A stretch of 64,000 nucleotides of DNA from Armatimonadota bacterium (GTDB taxonomy: Bacteria > Vulcanimicrobiota > JACPDS01 > JBDRKI01), in the NCBI GenBank assembly GCA_043814095.1, contig JBDRKI010000037.1:1-64000 (forward strand), written 5' to 3'. This document shows, piece after piece, positions 40,857-50,025 of the stretch. Below the pieces are notes generated by a model. That model saw nothing but the letters and a program-made list of their open reading frames with translations. It did no database searches and was not told the origin of the DNA. Positions within the stretch are counted from its first letter, which is position 1, and every line of letters begins with the position of its first letter. The position numbers and the translations under genes were made by a program.

Positions 40857-42218
40857 ATGTCAGAAGAAAAGCTTACCTGGAAATTCTCGCGCGAGTTCTG
40901 GACGGCTAACGGGGTTGAACTCTTAGAAAGAGCCGCTTATTACGGCATGTTTATAGCTCTTACCCTTTACCTTACGAATCTTGTGGGGTTTACCGATATT
41001 GAAGCCGGCTGGATAGCCGGTCTTTTTGCGGCTATTCTGTATTTTATGCCCACTTTCAGCGGAGCATGGGCTGATTCTATGGGTTTCAGAAGGGCGCTTC
41101 TTCTGGCATTCGGGCTTCTTACAATAGGGTACGGCATGCTGGGTTTTTTCGCGACTAAGCCCTCAACAATAATGGCGCTGGCTATAATAATGATGGGCGG
41201 ATCTTTTATAAAATCAATTATTACCGGTACTGTCGCCAAATGTTCCGATCCTACAAACAGGGCTAGAGCATTCTCTATTTTTTACCAGATGGTAAATATC
41301 GGAGCTTTTACAGGAAAGATGCTGGCCAAACCTTTAAGGGTTGAACTCGGCATCCAGTACATTAATATAGCGTCGGCTTGCTACTGCTTGCTGGCTCTCG
41401 GAATAGTGTTTTTCCTTTACCGCAATATCGATACACATGGCATGGGAAAAAACATGAAGGAAAGCTGGGCGGGTTTTGTAAAAGTACTCGGCAATTTACG
41501 TTTCATGGCTATTATAATAATTGTGGGCGGGTTCTGGGCTATACAGCACCAGCTTTACGCCACAATGCCCAAATATATTCTAAGAACGGTAGGGGCGGGG
41601 GCGTCTCCCGAATGGTACGCTAATGTAAATCCCCTTGTTGTTGTGCTATTAGTTATACCGATTACCCAGCTTACGAGAAAATTTAAACCTATGGTATCAA
41701 TAGGTATAGGCTTATTTATAATCCCGTTATCCGCGCTTACAATGAGTTTAAGCCCTATTCTGCAGAAAACATTCGGCAATTCAATGCCTCTTATAGGCAA
41801 GATATTTATTAACCCCATAACCCTTGTCTTTATAATAGGAATAGCAATTCAGGCGCTTGCGGAATGCTTTCTTTCTCCCAGGTTTCTTGAGTATGCTTCC
41901 CACCAGGCGCCTCCCGGAGAGACCGGATTATATATGGGATACGCGCACATAAACAGCTTCTTCGGGAACCTTCTTGGATTCGGTATTTCGGGCTATCTTC
42001 TTAACGCCTGGTGCCCGGACCCCAAGACTCTTTCTCCCCAGGTACAATCCGCATGGCAGAACGCACTGGCAGGGCAGGGGGCTATGCCGGCGGCTTATTC
42101 GCACGCCTATTATATATGGTATGTGTTTGCCGGGATAGGATTTGCGACTTTTGCGGTATTCCTGCTGTATTCGTTTATCACTAATATGCTTGATAAAAAA
42201 AGGGGTGTAGTTAGTTAA
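40857..42218 (+). CDS. MFS transporter, POT-like
   Basis: ELLERAAYYG, FSIFYQMVNIG, AECFLSPRFLEY. Confidence 0.88.
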   Translation: MSEEKLTWKFSREFWTANGVELLERAAYYGMFIALTLYLTNLVGFTDIEAGWIAGLFAAILYFMPTFSGAWADSMGFRRALLLAFGLLTIGYGMLGFFATKPSTIMALAIIMMGGSFIKSIITGTVAKCSDPTNRARAFSIFYQMVNIGAFTGKMLAKPLRVELGIQYINIASACYCLLALGIVFFLYRNIDTHGMGKNMKESWAGFVKVLGNLRFMAIIIIVGGFWAIQHQLYATMPKYILRTVGAGASPEWYANVNPLVVVLLVIPITQLTRKFKPMVSIGIGLFIIPLSALTMSLSPILQKTFGNSMPLIGKIFINPITLVFIIGIAIQALAECFLSPRFLEYASHQAPPGETGLYMGYAHINSFFGNLLGFGISGYLLNAWCPDPKTLSPQVQSAWQNALAGQGAMPAAYSHAYYIWYVFAGIGFATFAVFLLYSFITNMLDKKRGVVS

Positions 42219-42241
42219 AAAATAATAACAGAATCAGACAG

Positions 42242-42288
42242 AAACCATAATGCCGCCGGATAAAGTTTTGGCGGCATTATGGTTTTTT
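42242..42288. terminator. Intrinsic terminator
   Basis: AAACCATAATGCCGCC-12 nt-GGCGGCATTATGGTTT plus T-run. Confidence 0.85.
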
Positions 42289-42335
42289 GTTTTTTAATAA
42301 TAACTTTTCAAATTGAAATTATTCTGTAAAGGGGT

Positions 42336-43076
42336 CTATTTAACTAACTTTTCCATATGAATTAAAACTTCCATAAGTTCTTCTTTTGACGGCAGGTAAT
42401 TATTTTTCTCAAGTAAAACAAAAGAGCCGGCTTCTTTCCATAGATTGAACGAATTAGAAGATAAATTCAGAAAACAGTTAAGTATAGTATTTATATTTGT
42501 TGCACCGCCGGATATTTTAAAAAGGCCGAAGCTGTTATTCTGCCTGACTTCTTCATCGGCAGATGTTGAAGACAGTTCCTTCAGTAATTCGGGCTGTGAT
42601 TTAACCATGGCAATTTTTATAAAATCTTTTTTAAAGAAGTCGTTTATAAGTTCACAGCGCCAGGTGTTTAAAAACTGTTTTGTTTTAACTTCGTCATCGC
42701 TTTGTATAATGTATTCGCGATCAAACCCGGGCAATCCTATTTCTATATCTTTATATCCGAATGCTTTTTTAAATATGTTCTGGAGAGCTGTTTCTGAGGA
42801 TATTACAAGGCTGATCGGGATATCCCGGTAAAAGTATATATGGAATTTTGAAGGAGAGTGTTTGTCTCCGGGAATTAGTTCCAAGTTTACTTTTTTCCCG
42901 TTCCAGTATCCCGTTAAAGAAAATGTTCTGAATATCAGGTCGCTTTTTAATTCTCCGGGTATTATTTTCATAAAGCTTTCAAATTTTTTCTTTTTTGACA
43001 TCCTGTCAAAATAAATTGCACAGATAATTAAAATAAAGACAGCGGCAAAGATTACTGAAAAAATATGATCTTCCAT
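42336..43076 (-). CDS. Hypothetical protein with single N-terminal TM anchor
   Basis: Hydrophobic residues ~5-23; abuts the stop of the upstream gene. Confidence 0.7.
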   Translation of the reverse strand: MEDHIFSVIFAAVFILIICAIYFDRMSKKKKFESFMKIIPGELKSDLIFRTFSLTGYWNGKKVNLELIPGDKHSPSKFHIYFYRDIPISLVISSETALQNIFKKAFGYKDIEIGLPGFDREYIIQSDDEVKTKQFLNTWRCELINDFFKKDFIKIAMVKSQPELLKELSSTSADEEVRQNNSFGLFKISGGATNINTILNCFLNLSSNSFNLWKEAGSFVLLEKNNYLPSKEELMEVLIHMEKLVK

Positions 43077-43808
43077 TTAATTTTCTCCCGTTATTAATTT
43101 TCTTATTCTGTACAGTATGCCGAAGCAGTAAAGCTGGTCTCCCGCGAGGATTTGCGTGTCATCACATGGCGCAGGAATGGTTTCGTGGTTTCTTTCAATT
43201 GCAAGAACTATAAGTTTCTCGTTTGTTTGTTTTAGGTCGCTTATTTTTTTATTCATTATGGGGCTGTTCTCATCTATAGAAACTCTGGTTACGCCGTATC
43301 CGCCCGTTGATACAGCAAGTTCTTCAAAAGTAACCGGCTCAATCATGCTTTTTTTAATCATGTGTTTGCGTATTATATCCGTAATTTTGGCTGAGAATTT
43401 TGACTTTACAAAGAAAGTATAGCTTATATATAAAAAAATAACTATCAGGAAAACATTTATAAGGGGAACCAATTTTACAGGTATCCCGAAATCCATAAGA
43501 GGTATTGTATACTTATCTACAACATCGTCCGATCTTAAAGCGTTTGCGAACGTGGCAACAAGCGCTATTATTCCGGCATGGCCCAGTATCATAAGGATTG
43601 ACGCTATTTTCCTTCTCTGCAGGTTTCCTGTTATAAGTTCGGCTTCTTTTGTGGTGAAGCCGGTGCCCGTAAAGCAGGATAAAGCCTGGAACCTCGCGAT
43701 TGAACCGTTAAGCCCGGTAAGTTCAAAAGCAACGGCTCCTATCCTGTTTACAATGAACGAGCATACGATGGTAAGTATAAACAGAGTTAAATTTAATATT
43801 ACGTTCAT
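43077..43808 (-). CDS. TrkA-C (RCK_C) domain membrane protein
   Basis: AFELTGL...ARFQALSCFTGTGFTTKEAE...RRKI; C-terminal VLAIERN...P..DTQILAGD. Confidence 0.85.
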   Translation of the reverse strand: MNVILNLTLFILTIVCSFIVNRIGAVAFELTGLNGSIARFQALSCFTGTGFTTKEAELITGNLQRRKIASILMILGHAGIIALVATFANALRSDDVVDKYTIPLMDFGIPVKLVPLINVFLIVIFLYISYTFFVKSKFSAKITDIIRKHMIKKSMIEPVTFEELAVSTGGYGVTRVSIDENSPIMNKKISDLKQTNEKLIVLAIERNHETIPAPCDDTQILAGDQLYCFGILYRIRKLITGEN

Positions 43809-43983
43809 AACGCCTCCTGGTATATTTCAGCTTTATTTTTCATGTATTGATCATGATTAAAAAATTCGGTTTAACCGGATTTTCCCCTTTTGTTTTGCAA
43901 CAGCTTTGAATTATATGAAAAAGGGTATTTTAAGCCAAAGTATAATTAATTTTCTGAAATAAGATTATTGTAAGGGGGATAGA

Positions 43984-44427
43984 GTGATTAACTTAATTAA
44001 AAACAGTTTTTCAAATTATAATTCATATCTTAAAGAATCAGGCGCTAAAAAAGAAGAAAATAAAGAAGTATCCACGCATTATACTTTGGATTACGGTATT
44101 GACGCTTCTTTGAAAATAAATTATAAACCCTCAGGCGTTAGAATTATAAATTTTTCCATGAACTGCCGTACAAACATAAATACACCCGAATCAGACTGGG
44201 ATTATGAATACAAGTTCCGTGAATACCCGGACGGCAAACTTGAGTTTGTAGATGCCAACCTTTATACATACTATCCCAGTTATCATGAGGAAAACAGCAT
44301 AACGGGCAGCGGGTTTAAGAATATACTGCTGAATAATATTCAAAAGATAAATGCAGAAAAAGAAAAAGATTATGAAACAAGAAAAAAAATAAAAGTTATA
44401 TATGACGGTACTTACCTGCTGGATTGA
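43984..44427 (+). CDS. Hypothetical protein
   Basis: 147-aa ORF, GTG start after AAGGGGG. Confidence 0.6.
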   Translation: MINLIKNSFSNYNSYLKESGAKKEENKEVSTHYTLDYGIDASLKINYKPSGVRIINFSMNCRTNINTPESDWDYEYKFREYPDGKLEFVDANLYTYYPSYHEENSITGSGFKNILLNNIQKINAEKEKDYETRKKIKVIYDGTYLLD

Positions 44428-44459
44428 AATTCAAAAAAGAATAAAAGGGAGAAGCGTGT

Positions 44460-45702
44460 ATGCCGTATTTTTTAAAGATAAAGAATGTCATGATCTGTAT
44501 CCTTGTGTTTTTTATATTTCTTGTGTTTTCTCCTTTATTCGCGTCAGAAGAAGATATACAGAAAGCGAAAGCAATAAGCGAAATTTTTTCCAAAGCCAGG
44601 TTAACCGGGCTTATCCGTTCTTAATTATATGAACAGAACTTTCGGCGACGGCACGATACAGCAGAGCACGGCGATAGGGGCGTGGCTTAACTACCGCAGT
44701 GCCCAGTGGAATAAACTCTCGTTTACTTTAACAGGATATACTTCACAGCCGTTTTTCAATAATCTGCCTCAGTACGGAGGCGCTAACCTTCTTACCAGGG
44801 ACCAGAAGGGTTTTGCGGTGCTGGGGCGGGCTTTCGCGGAGGTTGAGCTGGGCAAAAGCAAACTGCGTCTTTACCGCCAGTCTATGGAGACCCCGTTTAT
44901 AAATCTTAATGATGTAAGAATGGTGCCTGTAACGCTTGAAGCTTATACATGTGAAGGCGCTGCTTCGGACAAACTTAATTTTATGGTTTCGCACGTTACA
45001 AAGATAAAAGGTTGGTCAATGAACGGATTCCAATCTATGTCGGCGTATGCGGGCTATCCCGGAACAGATAAGCCGGTTACGCTAGCCGGAGTCAGATTTA
45101 TACCGGATGATAAATATAAATTTCAGTTATGGAATTATGTTTGTTACGACTACATGAACATAGTTTATTTTCAGGGTGACGCAAAATGGCCTGTTGAGAA
45201 AGATACATTTTTGACGCTTTCAGCCCAATATATCGACCAGCATGATATAGGGCAGAATCCTCTTGCGGGAAAATTTTCAACGGGCGCATCAGGCGTGCTT
45301 GCGGGTGTTCTATGCAACGGGTTAGGCGTTACTTTAGGCCATACATCCACACAGGAAGGCCATGATATAGTAAACCCCTGGGGTTCATATCAGGGATACG
45401 CTTCGCTTATTGAAGAAGACTGCGATCTTGCGGGTGAGAAAGCCTGGGTTGCGGGGATATCTTATGATTTCAGGCATATAGGATTAAAAAATGTAAGCGC
45501 GTTTATGAATCATTCCCACGCTTTTCTTTCGCGTAGCGGTTCAGTGCTTGATCCCAGGCAGAATGAAAATAACTTTACGATAGATTACAGGCCTGATGGG
45601 GATCTCTGGTTAAGGTTCCGTGCGGCAAAAGTTGACAGCGCGCTGGATATGAATGATCTTAACATATCCGACTGCCGTATTATTTTAAATTACAGTTTTT
45701 AA
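44460..45702 (+). pseudogene. OprD-family outer membrane porin, frameshifted near 44621
   Basis: 44460-44624 encodes a signal peptide plus EIFSKARLTGLIRS*; the barrel continues in the +1 frame (NYMNRTF...RQSMETPFI...DVRMVP...LNYSF). Confidence 0.75.
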
Positions 45703-45738
45703 TTTTTATTGGCAGTTTCTATTTCAGTTTTTGAAAAT

Positions 45739-45776
45739 TAAAACGCCCGCTTTCTTTTTGAGAGCGGACGTTTTAA
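45739..45776. terminator. Bidirectional terminator
   Basis: TAAAACGCCCGCT...AGCGGACGTTTTA imperfect stem between convergent genes. Confidence 0.7.
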
Positions 45777-45813
45777 TTTAAATCATAACCTTTTTAACAG
45801 TGTTTTCTGAAAA

Positions 45814-47232
45814 TTAATTTTGAGTTTTATTCTGCCAGCCGGGCTTTCTTAACTGGTAAATAATTATCGGCGATAAAGTGAATAACAGAATTCCTATTAT
45901 AAGGAACCAGACGTAAAAAGCGGGGCTTCCTACTGTAAGCTGTGCCGGAGGAAAGAATCCCACAACTATCGCGAACAGCGCTCCGAGTATGCCTACAGCC
46001 GATATAACCCACATACCGAAATTTCCGCCCGGCACTTTATACGCGCGGGGCACATCCGGTTTCGTATATCTCAGAGTAATGGCTGCGGCAAAGAGCATTA
46101 AGTACATTATAAGATAAAGTATCGCGGTTAAAGCGGTTAAAAGAAAGAACGCACTGCTTACGGTGGGCATTAATAAATATACAAGAGACAGTACGGTTAC
46201 TATTAATGCCTGCAGGATAAGGATATGCACAGGCACTCCCTGATTGTTGGTGTATTGAAGAAACGGCGGGAGATCTCCGTCCTGCGCGGTGGAAAGAAGG
46301 CCTTTACTGGGGCCGACGATCCATGCCGTTACGCTGCCCAAAGCTCCGAAAGCCACAAGGAAGCACATTATGGGAACGAGCCACCCCATGTGAAACTGGT
46401 TCAGCATATCTTTAAAAGCCTGCATTATTCCGGCAGTTAAGCTTATCTTGCCTGCGGGGAGTACAGCCGCGATAGCAAGAGAGCTGAATGTAAATATTGT
46501 GAGAATTATTATAACTGCCAGGAAGATGGCTTTCGGGAAATCTTTATTCGGATTTTTAACTTCGCGCGCGTGAACCGCCGAGACTTCCATGCCTGCGAAC
46601 AGAAGCACTATCCCCGCAAGAAATGAAATATTCGTAAAATTGGAAAGGTTGGGAATTATGCTTTGATGGGTTCCGGTAAAAGCGATGGGTTTTCCTGTCA
46701 GCCACCATATTAATCCCAGAATAATAATTACCGCTCCCGGGAATATGGTGCCTCCCATTACGCATACGGTTGTTACCCAACCGGAAGTTTTTATTCCCCT
46801 GAAATTTAAAAGTGTCGCCCCCCAAAAGGCTAAAAGTATTATAGCTATATTATAAATCTTATTGGTTGCCAGAGCGGGGTCTAAAAACATATAAGATAAA
46901 GCAGCCGCCACAAATGCCAGGACGGTAGGGTACCATATAACATTCTGTATCCACTGCAGCCATATTGCCAGAAAACCCATCCGGCCTCCGAAAGCTTCCT
47001 TTACCCACCTGAATACGCCGCCGCCGTCCGACCAGCCAGTGGCAAGTTCAGCCGATACAAGCGCTACCGGTATTAGAAAGATAAATGCGGCAAATAACAG
47101 GTAGAAAATCATAGAGAGACCTTCTTTTGCCATCATTGGCAGGCCCCTCAAGTTCATGACAATGGCTACATTCATCATTGCCAGAACAAATACACCCAGA
47201 TAATGAGGTTTTGGATTGTTGTTTTCAGCCAC
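45814..47232 (-). CDS. APC-family amino acid permease, GadC-like
   Basis: LVSAELAT, GGVFRWV..AFG, FAGMEVSAVH, WIVGPSKGL, LRY..PD..R.YKVPGG; GTG start after AGGAGG. Confidence 0.88.
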   Translation of the reverse strand: MAENNNPKPHYLGVFVLAMMNVAIVMNLRGLPMMAKEGLSMIFYLLFAAFIFLIPVALVSAELATGWSDGGGVFRWVKEAFGGRMGFLAIWLQWIQNVIWYPTVLAFVAAALSYMFLDPALATNKIYNIAIILLAFWGATLLNFRGIKTSGWVTTVCVMGGTIFPGAVIIILGLIWWLTGKPIAFTGTHQSIIPNLSNFTNISFLAGIVLLFAGMEVSAVHAREVKNPNKDFPKAIFLAVIIILTIFTFSSLAIAAVLPAGKISLTAGIMQAFKDMLNQFHMGWLVPIMCFLVAFGALGSVTAWIVGPSKGLLSTAQDGDLPPFLQYTNNQGVPVHILILQALIVTVLSLVYLLMPTVSSAFFLLTALTAILYLIMYLMLFAAAITLRYTKPDVPRAYKVPGGNFGMWVISAVGILGALFAIVVGFFPPAQLTVGSPAFYVWFLIIGILLFTLSPIIIYQLRKPGWQNKTQN

Positions 47233-47305
47233 CGTTCCCTCCTTTTTCTTTTCAAGAAAAATATTATTTTACAATGTTTTTCTACAATAAACGAATAATA
47301 CCTTT

Positions 47306-47366
47306 AAAAATACTCCAAAAGACCTATATTATTAGCTTGATTTTTGTTTTATAATATAATTGAAGG
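47306..47366 (+). promoter_or_regulatory. GACCTATATT-box promoter, copy 4
   Basis: AAAAATACTCC at 47306, GACCTATATT at 47321, TATAAT at 47350 (+29). Confidence 0.78.
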
Positions 47367-47390
47367 AAATAAACATAGGGAGGTATTTAT

Positions 47391-47990
47391 ATGTCAGATT
47401 TTTCAATAAGAGCTCCGCAAAATCAAATCTCAAGTACTATTTTTAATCCCGCGAAAGAGAATGATCTTTCCAGTTTTAATAAGTTTGATTTTCTTCCCGG
47501 CAGGTATTTAATGCTTTCTAATACAAACGGGAGCTGCCTTGTTTACAGCGATCATAAATTTATGGCCCAGTTAAAAGGCAAAAGAATAAGCAACATGACG
47601 GACGAGCAGTTTAATCATTTTGTAAAACAGGTAAGCGCGAAAGTCGGCAAGATGCCCGCAGACCATCCCGATAAAAAAGCCGCATTATCAATGTTGAAAA
47701 AAATGAAGGGCGATATAAAGCTTTTCGAAAACAATTATCCTATAGCAACTAATACCCAGATGTCTTTTAGAATTCCCGGCACAAAACTCAGTGTTGATTA
47801 TGACAGGATTAAACATAAAATAAAGTTTTTTGAAAACGGAAAAGAAATTGCCTCTCCTAAAAACGCGAAAGATATTCTGAAAAAATACATAATGGATATG
47901 AAAGATAAGCTGCGTCCGGGTGACGGAAAAGACAAGACAGTGTTTAATATGCTTAAAGAAATGTTAGGGGATTATTTAAAGAGCAGATAA
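47391..47990 (+). CDS. Hypothetical protein; member of the GACCTATATT regulon
   Basis: 199 aa, GGGAGG SD, no signal peptide, Ser/Asn-rich N-terminus. Confidence 0.72.
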   Translation: MSDFSIRAPQNQISSTIFNPAKENDLSSFNKFDFLPGRYLMLSNTNGSCLVYSDHKFMAQLKGKRISNMTDEQFNHFVKQVSAKVGKMPADHPDKKAALSMLKKMKGDIKLFENNYPIATNTQMSFRIPGTKLSVDYDRIKHKIKFFENGKEIASPKNAKDILKKYIMDMKDKLRPGDGKDKTVFNMLKEMLGDYLKSR

Positions 47991-48007
47991 GGTATTAAAT
48001 AATTTAT

Positions 48008-48044
48008 AAAACAGGCTGTCATAAAAAATCAGACAGCCTGTTTT
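48008..48044. terminator. Bidirectional terminator
   Basis: AAAACAGGCTGTC-11 nt-GACAGCCTGTTTT. Confidence 0.8.
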
Positions 48045-48065
48045 GTTATATCCACTCTTAATTTT

Positions 48066-49283
48066 TCAAGACTGTTTCAGTATGAAAGTTATTATCACGG
48101 AAACGATAAAAAGCAGTATTACCGGTCCCCATAGATATTTATATACCCTTGATATCTTTGTATGAAAGTATTCTGATGTAAGGACAAGACAGAGGTGGAC
48201 AGGGGATAGGAATACTCCAAGAATCCCGCACAGAAAGGCAAAGCCGAATAAAGGAAGGTTCCCTGCGACAGGCAGCATAGCCATAAGTACGGGAAAAGTT
48301 ATGCCTACAAAGGCCTGGGTTACGCCGGTGAGTATCCCCGCAAGAAGAGGTATTATTAAGAATAATATGTTTGTATGGATGCCTATCCCGGATAAATACT
48401 GTGATGTTCCGGCGGCAAGCCCCGATGTTTGCAGTAGGTCTTTAAAAATAAATATGCTTGCGACGCTTAACAGCACTTTATAAGAGATGCTTTTTTTAAG
48501 CATTACGGGAATATTTTTAGCCGGAATTTTATATGACAGTATCATTACAAGAAGTATCAGCAGCAGGGATAAAGCCATATCTGTTTTAAAAACTATAACC
48601 ATGAAAAGAAGCGCCGCTATAGGGAGTATCCCGAAAAAAAGTTCTTTCACCGTTTCTTTCTCTATTTTAAATATATGCCTCTGTCTTTTTCCGAGTTTTA
48701 AAGGCAGAAGCCCGAATATAATGCCACCTATTACGGCAGTGGGGGTATAAAGCCATACAAGTTTTAAGAAAACATCATAAGAAACATTTAAAAGCGCGAA
48801 TGTGACTATGACACCGGGGTATATAGGCAGGAAATACTCCCATATATGCCTGAACCAGTAGTTTATAAAAGTCTTCTGTTCCGCATTTATATTAAGCTCT
48901 TTAGAAGCTTTCTCCACAAAGGGCGCGGAGAACATAGCCCCGCCCGGGGATGCCAGAAACCCCAGAAAAGCGGGCATTATTATTAATCGTATCCTTCTTG
49001 AAGGAATGAACCGCTCCAGGGCTTTTATCATTTTTTCAAGCTGGCCGCTCTCGTTTAATATTTTTTCAAGGAAAGAAATCATTATAAGGAAGAGGAGAAG
49101 AAGTATAGTTGTTCTTTCAGTAACTGAATAAAATACCGTTTTTATAAATTCAAGAGGAGATATAAAGCATAGCAAACCCAGAAGCACGGAATTTATGAGC
49201 ATAACCATGCCTAAATTAAAGCCTCTCCTTATAAGGAGAATTATGGAAGCCAGTATAATAATAAATTTTACAAGATCAATCAT
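48066..49283 (-). CDS. DUF401 family membrane protein
   Basis: PAFLGFLASPGGAMFSAP, INYWFRHIWE...PIYPG, LSPVHLCLVLT.EYF. Confidence 0.88.
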   Translation of the reverse strand: MIDLVKFIIILASIILLIRRGFNLGMVMLINSVLLGLLCFISPLEFIKTVFYSVTERTTILLLLFLIMISFLEKILNESGQLEKMIKALERFIPSRRIRLIIMPAFLGFLASPGGAMFSAPFVEKASKELNINAEQKTFINYWFRHIWEYFLPIYPGVIVTFALLNVSYDVFLKLVWLYTPTAVIGGIIFGLLPLKLGKRQRHIFKIEKETVKELFFGILPIAALLFMVIVFKTDMALSLLLILLVMILSYKIPAKNIPVMLKKSISYKVLLSVASIFIFKDLLQTSGLAAGTSQYLSGIGIHTNILFLIIPLLAGILTGVTQAFVGITFPVLMAMLPVAGNLPLFGFAFLCGILGVFLSPVHLCLVLTSEYFHTKISRVYKYLWGPVILLFIVSVIITFILKQS

Positions 49284-49837
49284 GATTTATACTTATTCCG
49301 GAAAAGAATTTCTTCCAATTCTTTCTTTTTAGCTCTTACCGGGAGCTCTTCTTCGTTGTAATAACCCGCGGCTATAAGGGAAAGGACTTTTATCTTTGAG
49401 GGTATATTCAATATTTTTTTCAAGGGCTTTTCCTTAAACCATCCTATCCAGCATGTTCCGATTCCTAACTCCTGCGCCCTTAAGACAAGATGTTCTCCGG
49501 CTATGCCTGTATCTATCTGGTGGTAATTTATCCCTTTATATGCTTCGGCAAGTGTATTGGTTACAAAATTTTTATCAGAGCATAAGACTATTATAAGGGG
49601 GGCGGATCCGGCAAACTGGTTTGCTACAATCCCGCCAAGCGCTTTTTCCGCAATCTCACTTATTATATTATCATCCGTAACAGCGATAAATCTCCAGGGC
49701 TGGATATTGCATGCCGAAGGAGCTAATCGTGCCGCCTCAACCATCTGCTTTATTTTCCATTCTTCTATTTTTTGAGGCAGGAATTTTCTTACACTGCGCC
49801 TTTTTTGAATTATCTCCATAAGTGGTGATTTTTGCAT
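49280..49837 (-). CDS. Nitroreductase family protein
   Basis: RRSVRKF, ARLAPSACNIQPWRF, LGIGTCWIG. Confidence 0.92.
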   Translation of the reverse strand: MQKSPLMEIIQKRRSVRKFLPQKIEEWKIKQMVEAARLAPSACNIQPWRFIAVTDDNIISEIAEKALGGIVANQFAGSAPLIIVLCSDKNFVTNTLAEAYKGINYHQIDTGIAGEHLVLRAQELGIGTCWIGWFKEKPLKKILNIPSKIKVLSLIAAGYYNEEELPVRAKKKELEEILFRNKYKS

Positions 49838-49948
49838 ATATTTCTCCTGAATTTAACCTAATATAACGAATTTTTCTGTTTTTAACTGTTATATCCTTTT
49901 TTAAATTTTATAATATAGTAAAAAAAAACTTATATTTTTTTTAAAAAA

Positions 49949-49974
49949 AGGAAATTTATCAATAATAAGGAATT
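49949..49974 (+). promoter_or_regulatory. SigH-like promoter of the lipoprotein cluster
   Basis: AGGAAAT at 49949, GAATT at 49970. Confidence 0.55.
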
Positions 49975-50025
49975 GAAAAATTAATACAATGTAATATTTA
50001 AGCCGTTTCCGGGGGAATAATATCT

